Shown here: positions 7,705 through 16,435 of the stretch, in pieces | Numbering within the stretch: the stretch's first letter is position 1 | How the letters are laid out: each line of letters begins with the position of its first letter | Source of the DNA: a virus | Lineage: Duplodnaviria > Caudoviricetes | DNA: 41,307 nt | Virus record (IMG/VR): IMGVR_UViG_3300010366_000007 | Location: 1 to 41,307 of that record | Direction: 5' to 3' (one strand) | The notes under the pieces: generated by a model | Database searches by the model: none | Told to the model about the DNA's origin: nothing | What the model saw: the letters and a program-made list of their open reading frames with translations, nothing else | Position numbers and translations under genes: made by a program

Positions 7705-7739
7705 CAAAAGAAGAGGGGGGCGGCGCGGGCGCCCCGTGC

Positions 7740-8174
7740 TCAGTCGGGCTCGACGGCGTTCAGGAGCAGCGGCAGCCCATCGAGGTGGGCGCGGGCTACG
7801 GCATACGCGGCCGACCAGGCATCTTCGGGAATGCTCTCCAGGATGCGCGTGTAGCGTCGCTTGAGCACGCGGATTTCCTGCTCATGCGGGTGAGACGGAT
7901 ACGTGGGGACCTCATCGACCAAGGGTAAGTACCCCGCCAGCCTGAACACCTCAACCGCGTCCAGGTCGAATACCTCAGCGATCTGAACGCAGGTCTGGGG
8001 CAGAGGAACAACACGCTTGCACTCAACCAGGGTCAGCCATCGGGACACGACCCCCAGCTTTACCCCGAGGATGTCCGCTAGCTGAGTGGACGACCAGTTA
8101 CGCGCGGTCATCGCCTCGCGAATTGTGACGTGCAGCTGCGACTGCACGCGCCGCTTCGACTCCGTACTACTCAC
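7740..8174 (-). CDS. XRE/CI-like repressor
   Basis: HTH (WSSTQLADILGVKLGVVSRWL...EVFRLAGYL); GGGGAGG SD before GTG at 8174; divergent from the early operon. Confidence 0.75.
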   Translation of the reverse strand: MSSTESKRRVQSQLHVTIREAMTARNWSSTQLADILGVKLGVVSRWLTLVECKRVVPLPQTCVQIAEVFDLDAVEVFRLAGYLPLVDEVPTYPSHPHEQEIRVLKRRYTRILESIPEDAWSAAYAVARAHLDGLPLLLNAVEPD

Positions 8175-8287
8175 GCAGGGCCTCCCCAAGGCTAACGACT
8201 TGAGGCCGACCTGTGAAGCGCCGAGCGTATCAACAACCCGTGAGAATGCCGCCGGCATTACGCCACTTGCACCCGTGTGCTACCCCC

Positions 8288-8345
8288 TTCACAGAATCGT
8301 AAGGTAGGTTTTACCATGCTGGACTTCCTGATGTGCAGGAGTCAA
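8288..8345. promoter_or_regulatory. Immunity control region with overlapping divergent promoter candidates and a palindrome
   Basis: Plus strand TTCACA-18-TACCAT (8288-8317); minus strand TTGACT-18-CAGCAT (8345-8316); imperfect palindrome GACTTCCTG..CAGGAGTC at 8322-8343. Confidence 0.4.
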
Positions 8346-8403
8346 CCACACTAGCAAGCGGCAGGTCAGAAATAGGCGAGTAGTGCCGGCAATCCTGACC
8401 TGA

Positions 8404-8967
8404 ATGGAGGGCACCGTGGTGGGTGATCAAGCGGCAGAGAACTGGTGGGGCAACCGCGCGGCGGCGATGGAATGGGCACGCGAAGCGCGGGCGCGGGCAG
8501 CTGCTCAACGTGCTGCGCTGCATGCCTCGCGTCACAATTTGGAAAACGTGGCCCCAGCGCCCCCTGCGGTCACGGATGAGCCCCCGCCTAGCCCGCCTGA
8601 TCCCCCATCGTCACCCATCGTCAATTCCCAGGTTGAGCCCTGCTTAACGACGCGGAAAGCTGGCGGACGCCATGCAAACGACAAGGCAAAGCAGGGCGGA
8701 ACGCAGCCCATGAGCGTCGCGGTGGAAAAGATGGCCCAGTCGCAACCCGACAAGCCCTTGCTGGACCCGGAGGAGGAAGCCGCCTACCTGGGTATCAGCC
8801 GCTCCACGTTGGACCGCTGGTCGAAGACGCCAGGCTTTCCGGTGCTCCGCTCCGGGCACGTGGTGAAGTTTCCCTGGAAGACGGTGGACGAGTTCCTGGA
8901 ACGCGCCTCGCGCGAGGGCATCGTGCTGTACTCCAGGTCCAGTACGCCCAGGAAGAGGCGCAAGTGA
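8404..8967 (+). CDS. Excisionase/HTH_17-like DNA-binding protein (true start may be 8710)
   Basis: LLDPEEEAAYLGISRSTLDRW....FP....G..VKF winged-helix pattern at the C-terminus. Confidence 0.7.
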   Translation: MEGTVVGDQAAENWWGNRAAAMEWAREARARAAAQRAALHASRHNLENVAPAPPAVTDEPPPSPPDPPSSPIVNSQVEPCLTTRKAGGRHANDKAKQGGTQPMSVAVEKMAQSQPDKPLLDPEEEAAYLGISRSTLDRWSKTPGFPVLRSGHVVKFPWKTVDEFLERASREGIVLYSRSSTPRKRRK

Positions 8968-9242
8968 TGGACTCCACCAACCAGCTGCTCACCGAGATCC
9001 TGGCGGTGCTGCGCCACGCGGCCAACGCGGAGAAGACCGGTGCGGTGTCCAGTGTGAAGGTCACGCTCCAGCGCGGCACAGTCGACATCGCGGTGCACGC
9101 CTACGTCGGCTCCGACATCCAGGAGGCCGAAGACGAGGCCCTGGCCAGCTACCGCCGCATCCTGACGAAGTTAAACCAGGACGGCGTGGACGACTTCGAG
9201 AAGGAGTTGCGCCGCCGCCAGCCGGAGAAGGCGCCCTTCTGA
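8964..9242 (+). CDS. Hypothetical protein
   Basis: 92 aa, coupled in operon, GC3-rich. Confidence 0.7.
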   Translation: MMDSTNQLLTEILAVLRHAANAEKTGAVSSVKVTLQRGTVDIAVHAYVGSDIQEAEDEALASYRRILTKLNQDGVDDFEKELRRRQPEKAPF

Positions 9243-9451
9243 TGACCAACGTGTACGACCCCACGCGCCGCGTGTACACGCCGGTGCTGAAGTGCCGCAG
9301 CTGCAACCAGCCGCTGTACTTCGGGCTCACGTCTGGTGCCAAGCGCGCACCGTTCGAGGTGGACGAGAAGGGCGAGCCGACGCGCACGCTCCACTTCATC
9401 AACTGCCCCGACGCACGCCGCTGGTCCAACCGCAGGGTGAAGCCCGCCTGA
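9242..9451 (+). CDS. Small Zn-binding phage protein
   Basis: CRSC...HFINCP; TGATG coupling. Confidence 0.7.
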   Translation: MTNVYDPTRRVYTPVLKCRSCNQPLYFGLTSGAKRAPFEVDEKGEPTRTLHFINCPDARRWSNRRVKPA

Positions 9452-9780
9452 TGGCGGCGGCCCTGGGCTTCCTGATGCTGCTCTCCTCCTGCACACCGGC
9501 CGACGAAGTTCCAGCGTCGACCTGGCCAGCTGGAGTGGAGGACGCACTCGGGCAGCGGATCTATTGCATTGAAGGCTACGAGTCCACGCACGGACTCCAC
9601 ATGTACAACCGCTCGTCTGGAGCGGCGGGGTATTTGCAATGGTTGCCATCAACCGCACGCCAATGGGGCGTGACCGTGGGCGACCGGACCTCCGAGTGGT
9701 CGGCCGCCGCGAGAATCGCCCAACTGGGCGAGAGATTCTTTCGGAGTCAATGGGTGCCGCTACAACGCGGCCTGTGCTAG
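9451..9780 (+). CDS. Lysozyme-fold (Rpf/SLT-like) transglycosylase with lipoprotein-like signal
   Basis: MAAALGFLMLLSSC signal/lipobox; IYCIEGYES...NRSSGAAGYLQWLPST motif. Confidence 0.65.
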   Translation: MAAALGFLMLLSSCTPADEVPASTWPAGVEDALGQRIYCIEGYESTHGLHMYNRSSGAAGYLQWLPSTARQWGVTVGDRTSEWSAAARIAQLGERFFRSQWVPLQRGLC

Positions 9781-9842
9781 TCACCTACGTTCTGCTTGCG
9801 CTGCTCTGCACCGCCATCGGGTTGTGGGGGTTGCGCCAATGA
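9774..9842 (+). CDS. Possible 22-aa membrane peptide
   Basis: GTG-started VLVTYVLLALLCTAIGLWGLRQ* fills the gap and has ATGA overlap to the next gene. Confidence 0.3.
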   Translation: MLVTYVLLALLCTAIGLWGLRQ

Positions 9843-10801
9843 GTGAACAATCACTCGCCATCCGCCAGGCCATCGGCGTGGAGCGGCTGGGCGAGATCAT
9901 GTGGAAGTCAGGGTACTGGCAGGATACGCGCAGCCAGGCCCAGGCCATCGTCAAGATCCTGGCGGGCGCCGAGCTAGACATCGGCCCCATCGCCAGCATG
10001 AACGGCATCTATGTCATCGAAGGCAGGACCAGCCTGTCGGCCACGCTGCTGGGCGCCACCATCCAGCGCTCGGAGCGCTACCGCTATCGGATTGTGGAGC
10101 ACGATGACACGCACTGCGTTATCGACTTCTTCGAGATCAGCGGCGGCAAGCGCGAGAAGGTCGGCACCTCCAGCTTCAGCCTGGAGGACGCCAAGAACGC
10201 GCAGCTGCTCGGCAAGCGCGGCCAGATGTGGGAAAAGTACCCGCGCAACATGGTGTTCTCCAGGGCGCTCTCCAACGGTGCGCGGTGGTACACCCCCGAC
10301 ATCTTCTCGGGACCGGTCTACACGCCGGACGAGTTGGGCGCCGAGGTGGACATCGACGGCAACGCCATGGACGTGGCGCCCTACACCCCCACCCGCGAGC
10401 AGGACGTGGTCGACGTCGCGCCATCCAAGCGCATGGTCACCGACGAGGATGACCGCGTCTGGAAGCGCTGGCTGGAAGTCCGCAGCGACGCACTGAAGTA
10501 CGGCATCGTCCCCCCAGGCCTGAGCCTGCCCATCGCCTACCAGCAGCTGGTGTCCAACGCGACGATGCTCAAGGCCCAGGTCGAAGACAAGCAAGAGCAG
10601 CTGGACAAAGAGGAGGCCGCGCGCAAGGCCGCCAGGGCCGAGGCAGAGACCGACTTTGGGGACGTGTGGGAATCGAACCGGGCGCTCATGGCCGAGGCGT
10701 ACGCGGCCGGCATCAAGATCCCCGACCTGCCCAACACCGCGACCCGCGAGGAGGTGCTGGAGCGCAACAAGCAACTGGCCGAGCAACTGGTCAGGGGATG
10801 A
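9839..10801 (+). CDS. RecT/Red-beta-like single-strand annealing protein
   Basis: AIVKILAGAELDIGPIASMNGIYVIEGR...WEKYPRNMVFSRALS..ARWYTPD..GPVYTPDEL. Confidence 0.75.
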   Translation: MSEQSLAIRQAIGVERLGEIMWKSGYWQDTRSQAQAIVKILAGAELDIGPIASMNGIYVIEGRTSLSATLLGATIQRSERYRYRIVEHDDTHCVIDFFEISGGKREKVGTSSFSLEDAKNAQLLGKRGQMWEKYPRNMVFSRALSNGARWYTPDIFSGPVYTPDELGAEVDIDGNAMDVAPYTPTREQDVVDVAPSKRMVTDEDDRVWKRWLEVRSDALKYGIVPPGLSLPIAYQQLVSNATMLKAQVEDKQEQLDKEEAARKAARAEAETDFGDVWESNRALMAEAYAAGIKIPDLPNTATREEVLERNKQLAEQLVRG

Positions 10802-11190
10802 GCGACTCGGACGATCCACGCGATACCTCGTGGATGCCGTCCGACCTGACCAGGGCGCAGCAGTTGGCGCTCTGGCAGGCCAGCGGGGACCGTATCGACG
10901 CGGCCTTCTGGGAGTTCCACCGCCAGAACCCGCTCGTCTACGAGCTACTGTGCGCCTACGCGCGCTCTGCGGTGCAGGCCGGTCGCGGCCACTTCGGCAT
11001 CCGCATGCTCTGGGAGCGCCTGCGGTGGTACGTGCTGGTGGAGACCGAGGACCCCACGGGCATCAAGCTCAACGACCACTTCCACTCGCGCTACGCGCGG
11101 CTGATCATGCTCCAGGAGGACGATCTGGCGCACCTCTTCGAGACGCGCCTGCTGAAGACTCACTCGCAATTGCCACGGGTGTTGGCCTGA
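10798..11190 (+). CDS. Conserved phage hypothetical protein
   Basis: FWEFHRQNPLVY...ERLRW...KLND....YARLIM...FETR pattern; ATG at 10798. Confidence 0.7.
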   Translation: MSDSDDPRDTSWMPSDLTRAQQLALWQASGDRIDAAFWEFHRQNPLVYELLCAYARSAVQAGRGHFGIRMLWERLRWYVLVETEDPTGIKLNDHFHSRYARLIMLQEDDLAHLFETRLLKTHSQLPRVLA

Positions 11191-11495
11191 TGCCAAAGCG
11201 AGCCGTGAGCAGCGAGCCCGCCCTGGCCGAGCGTCGCCGCCGGCGGAAGCACCTCCAGCTGGAGCGCGAGTCTGACCGCGAGTACGTGGAGTCTGGGCGG
11301 CGCATGTTCGCCATTCGTGAAGCGCTGGGCATGAACCAGCGCGACTTCGCCTACTACCTGCGGGTGTCCATCAACACCGTGAGCAATTGGGAGAACGGCA
11401 AGACCCTGCCGAGCGGCCTGGCCGAGCAGGCCATCCGCCAGGTAGCCGTCGACCACGGTGTCGATCTGCACACGCTGGGGCGATTCGATGGGTAG
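11190..11495 (+). CDS. XRE-family HTH regulator
   Basis: IREALGMNQRDFAYYLRVSINTVSNWENGKTLP. Confidence 0.8.
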   Translation: MPKRAVSSEPALAERRRRRKHLQLERESDREYVESGRRMFAIREALGMNQRDFAYYLRVSINTVSNWENGKTLPSGLAEQAIRQVAVDHGVDLHTLGRFDG

Positions 11496-11760
11496 TGACC
11501 GCCGCCCCTGGCTGATCATCAGTAAGCGCGAGGCGCAGGCCGTCCTGCCCATCCTGCGGGACTACATCGAGGCCGCGCCGCAGATGAAAGACCAGCGCTG
11601 GAGCCAGGACCTGCTGCGCGCCGAGCGGGTGATCACCGCGCAGCTGGACTACATCGAGCACGGCGCGGGCGCCGAGGAGGACATCACCTCGACGCTGCTG
11701 CGCGAGCATCGCGCGCCGCCCAAGCCCTACAAGGAGCGCGCGGAGGCGACGTGGCCCTGA
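11488..11760 (+). CDS. Hypothetical protein
   Basis: MGSDRRPWLII...; operon continuity. Confidence 0.6.
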   Translation: MGSDRRPWLIISKREAQAVLPILRDYIEAAPQMKDQRWSQDLLRAERVITAQLDYIEHGAGAEEDITSTLLREHRAPPKPYKERAEATWP

Positions 11761-12068
11761 CCCTCGCGCGGCAGATGCTGCTCCAGGGCGTGACCGAAAA
11801 GCACTTCCGCCAGGTGGTCAAGGAGTGGGCCGAGCAGCGTGGCTGGGAGGTGTACTTCACCTGGAATTCGATCCATAGCCCGGCGGGCTTCCCGGACCTG
11901 GTGCTGGTCCGGCCCCCGCGCATCGTGTTCGCAGAACTGAAGCGGCAGAACGGCAAGGCCACCCCGCGCCAGGACTTCTGGCTGGACTTGCTGCGGCATG
12001 TGCCGTGTACCGAGACGTACCTGTGGCGCCCGCTGGACGAGGCCCTGATTCTGGCGGTGCTGGCGTGA
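11751..12068 (+). CDS. VRR-NUC domain nuclease
   Basis: GFPDLVLVR...FAELKRQNGKATPRQ..W PD-(D/E)xK signature. Confidence 0.85.
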   Translation: MALTLARQMLLQGVTEKHFRQVVKEWAEQRGWEVYFTWNSIHSPAGFPDLVLVRPPRIVFAELKRQNGKATPRQDFWLDLLRHVPCTETYLWRPLDEALILAVLA

Positions 12069-12271
12069 ACCAAGACGAATTGATGACGGAGATTGCAGAA
12101 GCGGTGGTGTTGTTGAAGCGGCTGGATGATGCCAGCCTGCGTGCGCTGGGGCGCACGATCTGGCCAGGCCTGGCGCGGGGCGAGGCAGGCCAGTGGTCGG
12201 TGTTGTTGTTCGGCCTGATCGATCAGGAGTTAGATGCGCGCGGGACGTCGGCGTGTCGACGGTGGGGGTAG
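12065..12271 (+). CDS. Hypothetical protein
   Basis: GTGA-coupled MNQDELMTEIAEAVVLLKRL... Confidence 0.5.
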   Translation: MNQDELMTEIAEAVVLLKRLDDASLRALGRTIWPGLARGEAGQWSVLLFGLIDQELDARGTSACRRWG

Positions 12272-14391
12272 CCAGCACTCAGCGGTTCAGTCGCGAGGCG
12301 CCCTGCCCGGTGTGTGGCGGCTGGAACAACCAGCCGCGCGGCCAGGGCGTGCGCTGCTGGGGCTACTGGCTGGGCGATGGCGACGCGGTGGTGTGCATGC
12401 AACGCGAGAGCCCGCGCGCTGCCGCCGAGGGCTACGTCCACTTCCTGGAGGGTGACTGCCCCTGCGTCGGTGCCCACCAGCTGGCTCAGCGTCCCCGCAC
12501 AGACGTCTGGCAGGAGCAAGGGCGCTGGCAGATGCGCGAGTACACCAGTGGCCGTCTGGTAGCCGAGCATGTGCGCTACCTGAAACCAGACGGCGCCAAG
12601 ACCTATGTCTGGAGACGAGATGGCAGTAATGGCTTGAAGGGGCTGGACGAGACCAGCCTGCCGCTGTATGGCGGCTACGAGTGGCTCCAGGGCTCGGACG
12701 CCTACCGCAGCCTGGTGATCTTCTGCGAGGGCGAGAAGGCGACGGACGCCCTGCGACGGCTGGGTCTGCCGGCGGTGGGCATCCCGCTCGGGGCGCCCAA
12801 GCTGCCGCAGCTGAGCCGTTTCGAGCCCTTCTTCGGCGCGAGGCTGATGATGTGGCCCGACAACGATCCACCGGGCAGGAGCTTGCTGGATCGGCTGGGG
12901 CAGCTGTTCCAGGCGGTGCGCCGCACGCTCGAGGTGGTGTGCTGGCCCGAGGCGCCGCCCAAGGGTGACGCGGCCGACTTCGTCCAGCGCGGTGGATCCA
13001 GGGAGGCCGTACAGGCCCTGCTGGAGCACGCCCGCGCCTGGACGGCCGAGGAGCACGCCCAGACGGTCGAGGAGCGCTTCCGCCGCGTGGGCATGGACTA
13101 TCGCTTCGCCCCAGCTGAAGCGCCTGTAGTGCTGCTCTTCCAGCGCGTGCGCGACCGCAGTGATGAAGTCTCGGCCGAGGTGGTCGCGCGCACCGGCGAG
13201 CGGTCCATCACGCGCCACGTCAACCTGCTGGCCGGCACCACGCGCGGCGCGGTAGCCGACCTGGTCAAGGAGCTTCAGGAGTTGAGCCCGACCGAGGGCG
13301 ACACGTGGAAGAAGCTGCTGCGCGAGGGGTGCGAGGCCGTGGTCTCAGCGCATCGCCAGGGGCGCCCGTTCCTGACCAGCGCCGACATCCAGCAGCGGCC
13401 GGCGCCGCCCAGCTGGTTGTGCCAGGGCCTGCTGCTGAAGCACAAACCCAACTGCTGGCTGGGCGCGGCCAGCACCGGCAAGAGCACGCTGGCCAAGGCG
13501 ATGTGCGCCTACTACGCCACCGGCTTCCGCTTCTGCGGGCGCGAGATGGAGCGCGGCGTGCCGCTGTATCTGGACTGGGAGGACGATCACGACTCGTTTA
13601 TTCGTGTCGCCTGGGACGTGTGCCACAACCTGGGCGTGCCGTTGCCGCCTAACCTTCACTGGCGCGACATGCATGGCTACCGCCTGCGCGACCAGATCGA
13701 GTCGATAGGCGAGTACATCGACCGCCACCACGTCGGCCTGCTGGTGCTGGACGCCGTGGCAGCGGCGGGTGGTGGTGCGGGTGAGCACGTGGGCTGGGAA
13801 GACATCGCCCTGGAGATGGAGCGCTGCCTGGGGGCGCTGCCGCCGGTGACCCTGCTGGCGCTGGACCACGTCACCGGCGAGGAGTTGAAGTTGGGCCAGA
13901 AGGCGGCCATCCCGCGCAAGGCCAGGGGCGCGGTGCGCAAGTATGAGTACCTGCGCAACCAGTGGTCGCTCGTCACCGACGAGGTGGCCAGGCTCAGCGG
14001 CTCTCACGTGGTCAACTGGTACCAGACCAAGAACAACTCGGGCCCCCTGGAACAACCCGGCTTCGCGACCGAGATCGTGCATCGCGAGGACGAGATCTCG
14101 ATTGTGGTGCGTGCCCTGGAGGTGCCCGAGCAGATCCAGGACGAAGGCAAGACCGACCAGTTGCTGCGTGCCCTGGGCGACACGTGGCGTACAGCACGCG
14201 ACCTGGCCTTGCAGGTCGACGGAAAGGAGCCAACAGCGGCAAGGATCGAGAGCGTACGGACGCTGCTAAGACGAGCGGTCGAAAAGGGTCGAGCCGTACG
14301 CGACGAGGGTCCGCCGGTGCGCTACTCGACCAGACGCGCCGGCGAGCAAGGGGTGCTCATTTCTTTCCCTGGAGGTACCGAAGGTGCCTGA
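12193..14391 (+). CDS. Primase-helicase (Zn finger + TOPRIM + RecA-like/AAA_25 ATPase); start may be 12253 or 12262
   Basis: CPVCGG; FCEGEKATDAL, WPDND, KGDAADF (TOPRIM); Walker A GAASTGKS, LYLDWED, Walker B LLVLD. Confidence 0.85.
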   Translation: MVGVVVRPDRSGVRCARDVGVSTVGVASTQRFSREAPCPVCGGWNNQPRGQGVRCWGYWLGDGDAVVCMQRESPRAAAEGYVHFLEGDCPCVGAHQLAQRPRTDVWQEQGRWQMREYTSGRLVAEHVRYLKPDGAKTYVWRRDGSNGLKGLDETSLPLYGGYEWLQGSDAYRSLVIFCEGEKATDALRRLGLPAVGIPLGAPKLPQLSRFEPFFGARLMMWPDNDPPGRSLLDRLGQLFQAVRRTLEVVCWPEAPPKGDAADFVQRGGSREAVQALLEHARAWTAEEHAQTVEERFRRVGMDYRFAPAEAPVVLLFQRVRDRSDEVSAEVVARTGERSITRHVNLLAGTTRGAVADLVKELQELSPTEGDTWKKLLREGCEAVVSAHRQGRPFLTSADIQQRPAPPSWLCQGLLLKHKPNCWLGAASTGKSTLAKAMCAYYATGFRFCGREMERGVPLYLDWEDDHDSFIRVAWDVCHNLGVPLPPNLHWRDMHGYRLRDQIESIGEYIDRHHVGLLVLDAVAAAGGGAGEHVGWEDIALEMERCLGALPPVTLLALDHVTGEELKLGQKAAIPRKARGAVRKYEYLRNQWSLVTDEVARLSGSHVVNWYQTKNNSGPLEQPGFATEIVHREDEISIVVRALEVPEQIQDEGKTDQLLRALGDTWRTARDLALQVDGKEPTAARIESVRTLLRRAVEKGRAVRDEGPPVRYSTRRAGEQGVLISFPGGTEGA

Positions 14392-14399
14392 GCGGCAAA

Positions 14400-14515
14400 C
14401 CAGACTCCAGACACCCCTTAAAAGAAATACTGTCTGTCTGGAACACACCCTGTCTGCGTTGGGTGTTCCAGACCACCAGACAACTAGCTGTCTGGAATTG
14501 TCTGGGAATTCTGGG
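14400..14515. other. Putative replication origin (iteron cluster)
   Basis: Nine CAGAC/GTCTG copies in ~105 bp in both orientations, an AT tract at 14418-14429, and stem TCTGGAACAC/GTGTTCCAGA, immediately after the primase-helicase. Confidence 0.6.
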
Positions 14516-14530
14516 AAAAGAGGGTGATAC

Positions 14531-14890
14531 ATGCTGACTGCCGAGGCCGAGGAGTACTGCCCAGAGAACATCCGTGAGGTGCTTGAGCGCTGGCGTGAGT
14601 GGGAAGCTGGAGCCGAGGGCGGGACTGGTCCGAGCCTGGACGGCAAGGGTGGCAAAGGACGCAGCCGTCTGGACATCGCCGCCTATCTGGCCGACCTGGA
14701 GCGGGCAGCCGATCAGTTACCGCTGGAATGGCTCGCGACCTTGAAGGTGTACCGCGCCCAGGGGCGACGCCAGGCCTGGGCTGACCGCAGGAAGGTCAGC
14801 AGACTGCCCGTCAAGCTGAATGACTACTACACCGTGGATGACTGCCTGTGGCGCATGGCGCGCTTCCTGGGCTGGTCTGAGGGGGTGTAA
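14531..14890 (+). CDS. Hypothetical protein (position typical of a late-gene regulator)
   Basis: 119 aa, GAGGGTG SD, last gene of the rightward early operon. Confidence 0.65.
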   Translation: MLTAEAEEYCPENIREVLERWREWEAGAEGGTGPSLDGKGGKGRSRLDIAAYLADLERAADQLPLEWLATLKVYRAQGRRQAWADRRKVSRLPVKLNDYYTVDDCLWRMARFLGWSEGV

Positions 14891-14982
14891 GGCGGGGGCA
14901 GTCTGATCAGCTGACCGAGCGAGGCCAGGCACGGCAATTCCCTTGAGCCCCGCCCCCCGTCACGTGCCCCGTAGACGCAGAA

Positions 14983-15012
14983 CGACCCCGGTAGCTAGTC
15001 CTGCCGGGGTCG
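14983..15012. terminator. Hairpin between convergent operons
   Basis: CGACCCCGGTAG / CTGCCGGGGTCG stem. Confidence 0.55.
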
Positions 15013-15060
15013 CTTGCATCCTCGGGCCGGAAAGCCCGGGGCGAGTGTAGCTCCAGTCTG

Positions 15061-15216
15061 CTACTGCCGCTGGCGAGATTTGGTGATCGCGGCCCAGACG
15101 GCGGCGACCAGGAGGTAGGCGACCAGGGCGACGACCAGCGCCGTGGTGTTGGTGAAAAACAGATAGATGGCCAGCAGGGCGGCGGCAGCCATGGCCAGGG
15201 TGTACAGGTAGGTCAT
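15061..15216 (-). CDS. 51-aa two-TM membrane protein
   Basis: MTYLYTLAMAAAALLAIYLFFTNTTALVVALVAYLLVAAVWAAITKSRQRQ*; ATGA coupled. Confidence 0.6.
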   Translation of the reverse strand: MTYLYTLAMAAAALLAIYLFFTNTTALVVALVAYLLVAAVWAAITKSRQRQ

Positions 15217-15338
15217 GGCCGGCCCAGCCAGTTACCGAAGGCGCACAAGCGGTCCCATGTCCAGCCGATGAAGCCCAGCAGCAGGAAGAAGCCGATGATG
15301 AGGCCGATGATGTCGATGGCGAGGTAGTAGGGGTTCAT
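15213..15338 (-). CDS. 41-aa membrane peptide
   Basis: MNPYYLAIDIIGLIIGFFLLLGFIGWTWDRL...; ATGA coupled. Confidence 0.6.
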   Translation of the reverse strand: MNPYYLAIDIIGLIIGFFLLLGFIGWTWDRLCAFGNWLGRP

Positions 15339-15532
15339 GCGTGGGCCTTCTTGGGTTCCGCGTAGTCGAGGACGCGCCGGCATTCCCGGCGGGCGTGGTC
15401 CAGGCTGGCAAAGTGTTCGGCTTGGCCATCGATCCACGCGACCCATACGCCGTGTGCGAGATGGCGTATTTCGAGGTGGTAGCCACGGTAGGTGCCTTCG
15501 TATAGGTGCGGGCTCAGTTTGCGGAGTTTCAT
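15335..15532 (-). CDS. Small hypothetical protein
   Basis: GGAGACCCAC leader then MKLRKLSPHLYEG... Confidence 0.65.
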   Translation of the reverse strand: MKLRKLSPHLYEGTYRGYHLEIRHLAHGVWVAWIDGQAEHFASLDHARRECRRVLDYAEPKKAHA

Positions 15533-15762
15533 GCGTGGGTCTCCAATGGGGTGGACGTGGGTCCATTCTGTGACTGAGGTTCGGGGGTGATGCCCAGCAG
15601 CTGGTCTAGCCGCTCCAGGGCAAGCTTCAGGTACCAGGGCGGCTGACGGTGGGTGGCTTCCCAGCGTTTGATGGTGAGCACGGTGACACCTAGCAGGTCG
15701 GCCAGCTGCTGCTGAGTGAGTTTTCTTTCCGCGCGCCAGAACAGAACGTCTTCGCTGTTCAT
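15529..15762 (-). CDS. XRE-family HTH regulator
   Basis: WRAERKLTQQQLADLLGVTVLTIKRWE...PP.YLKLAL. Confidence 0.8.
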   Translation of the reverse strand: MNSEDVLFWRAERKLTQQQLADLLGVTVLTIKRWEATHRQPPWYLKLALERLDQLLGITPEPQSQNGPTSTPLETHA

Positions 15763-15962
15763 GACGTGCGTCCAGTCTGTGAGCCGGCGCGGCACTGGCC
15801 GGCGCCCGCGACGTGGCGTGAGGGTCCGTGGCCGCAGGCGCACAGAGCAGGGCCCCCGGTGCGCGGGACGCTCGGCCGGTAGGCGCGGCACGGACATGCC
15901 TCAAAATGCCCACCGGACGCGATTCTGTGGGGTTTGGGCGCCGGGGTGGCCTCAGACACCAT
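15759..15962 (-). CDS. Cys/His-rich small protein, possibly frameshifted at the 5' end
   Basis: CPC, CACGH..H..C; the strong SD leads instead into a 7-codon ORF at 15975. Confidence 0.45.
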   Translation of the reverse strand: MVSEATPAPKPHRIASGGHFEACPCRAYRPSVPRTGGPALCACGHGPSRHVAGAGQCRAGSQTGRTS

Positions 15963-16007
15963 CGGTGGTAGTCATGTGGGTCTCCTCTGTGAGTGAAAGG
16001 CGCCCGG

Positions 16008-16223
16008 TTAGGGGCGCGCGTACCAATTGGGGTTAGCTTCGGAGCGCGCGGTTAGCGCGTCATATAGGTTGCGGGCGTTGTCTTCTAGGTCGGTGTAATC
16101 GTTGAGCATCGGGCGGGCGTGGAAGCCCATACGTTGCAGGCGAGTAATGCACGCATACTCACCCCAATCGTGCGCCCAGACGTAGTAGGCCTCGCAGATA
16201 TCGAAGCGATCAAAGTAGGCCAT
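16008..16223 (-). CDS. Hypothetical phage protein
   Basis: MAYFDRFDICEAYY..AHDW; TAATG coupling. Confidence 0.7.
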   Translation of the reverse strand: MAYFDRFDICEAYYVWAHDWGEYACITRLQRMGFHARPMLNDYTDLEDNARNLYDALTARSEANPNWYARP

Positions 16224-16435
16224 TAGTCACGGCTCCAATAGCTGACAGACCCATCCGTGCCGGTAAGGCGAATGAGGTACTGGAAGGGATATGCCCAATG
16301 GGTGGACGAGACGACGTCCACCCTGCACGCGACCGGCCGGCCGTGGGTAGTCTCGTATTGGCGCATGACCCGGCGCATGGCGCGCGTGGCGCTAGCCTCC
16401 GTACGGTAGTGGAGAATTTCGTTCCGGCGCGTCAT
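16223..16435 (-). CDS. Hypothetical protein
   Basis: 70 aa, ATGA coupled. Confidence 0.6.
   Translation of the reverse strand: MTRRNEILHYRTEASATRAMRRVMRQYETTHGRPVACRVDVVSSTHWAYPFQYLIRLTGTDGSVSYWSRD

Noticed and set aside
14900-14950. Hammerhead ribozyme (CTGATCAG/CTGACCGAG)
   Set aside because: Lacks a CUGANGA plus GAAA core with supporting stems
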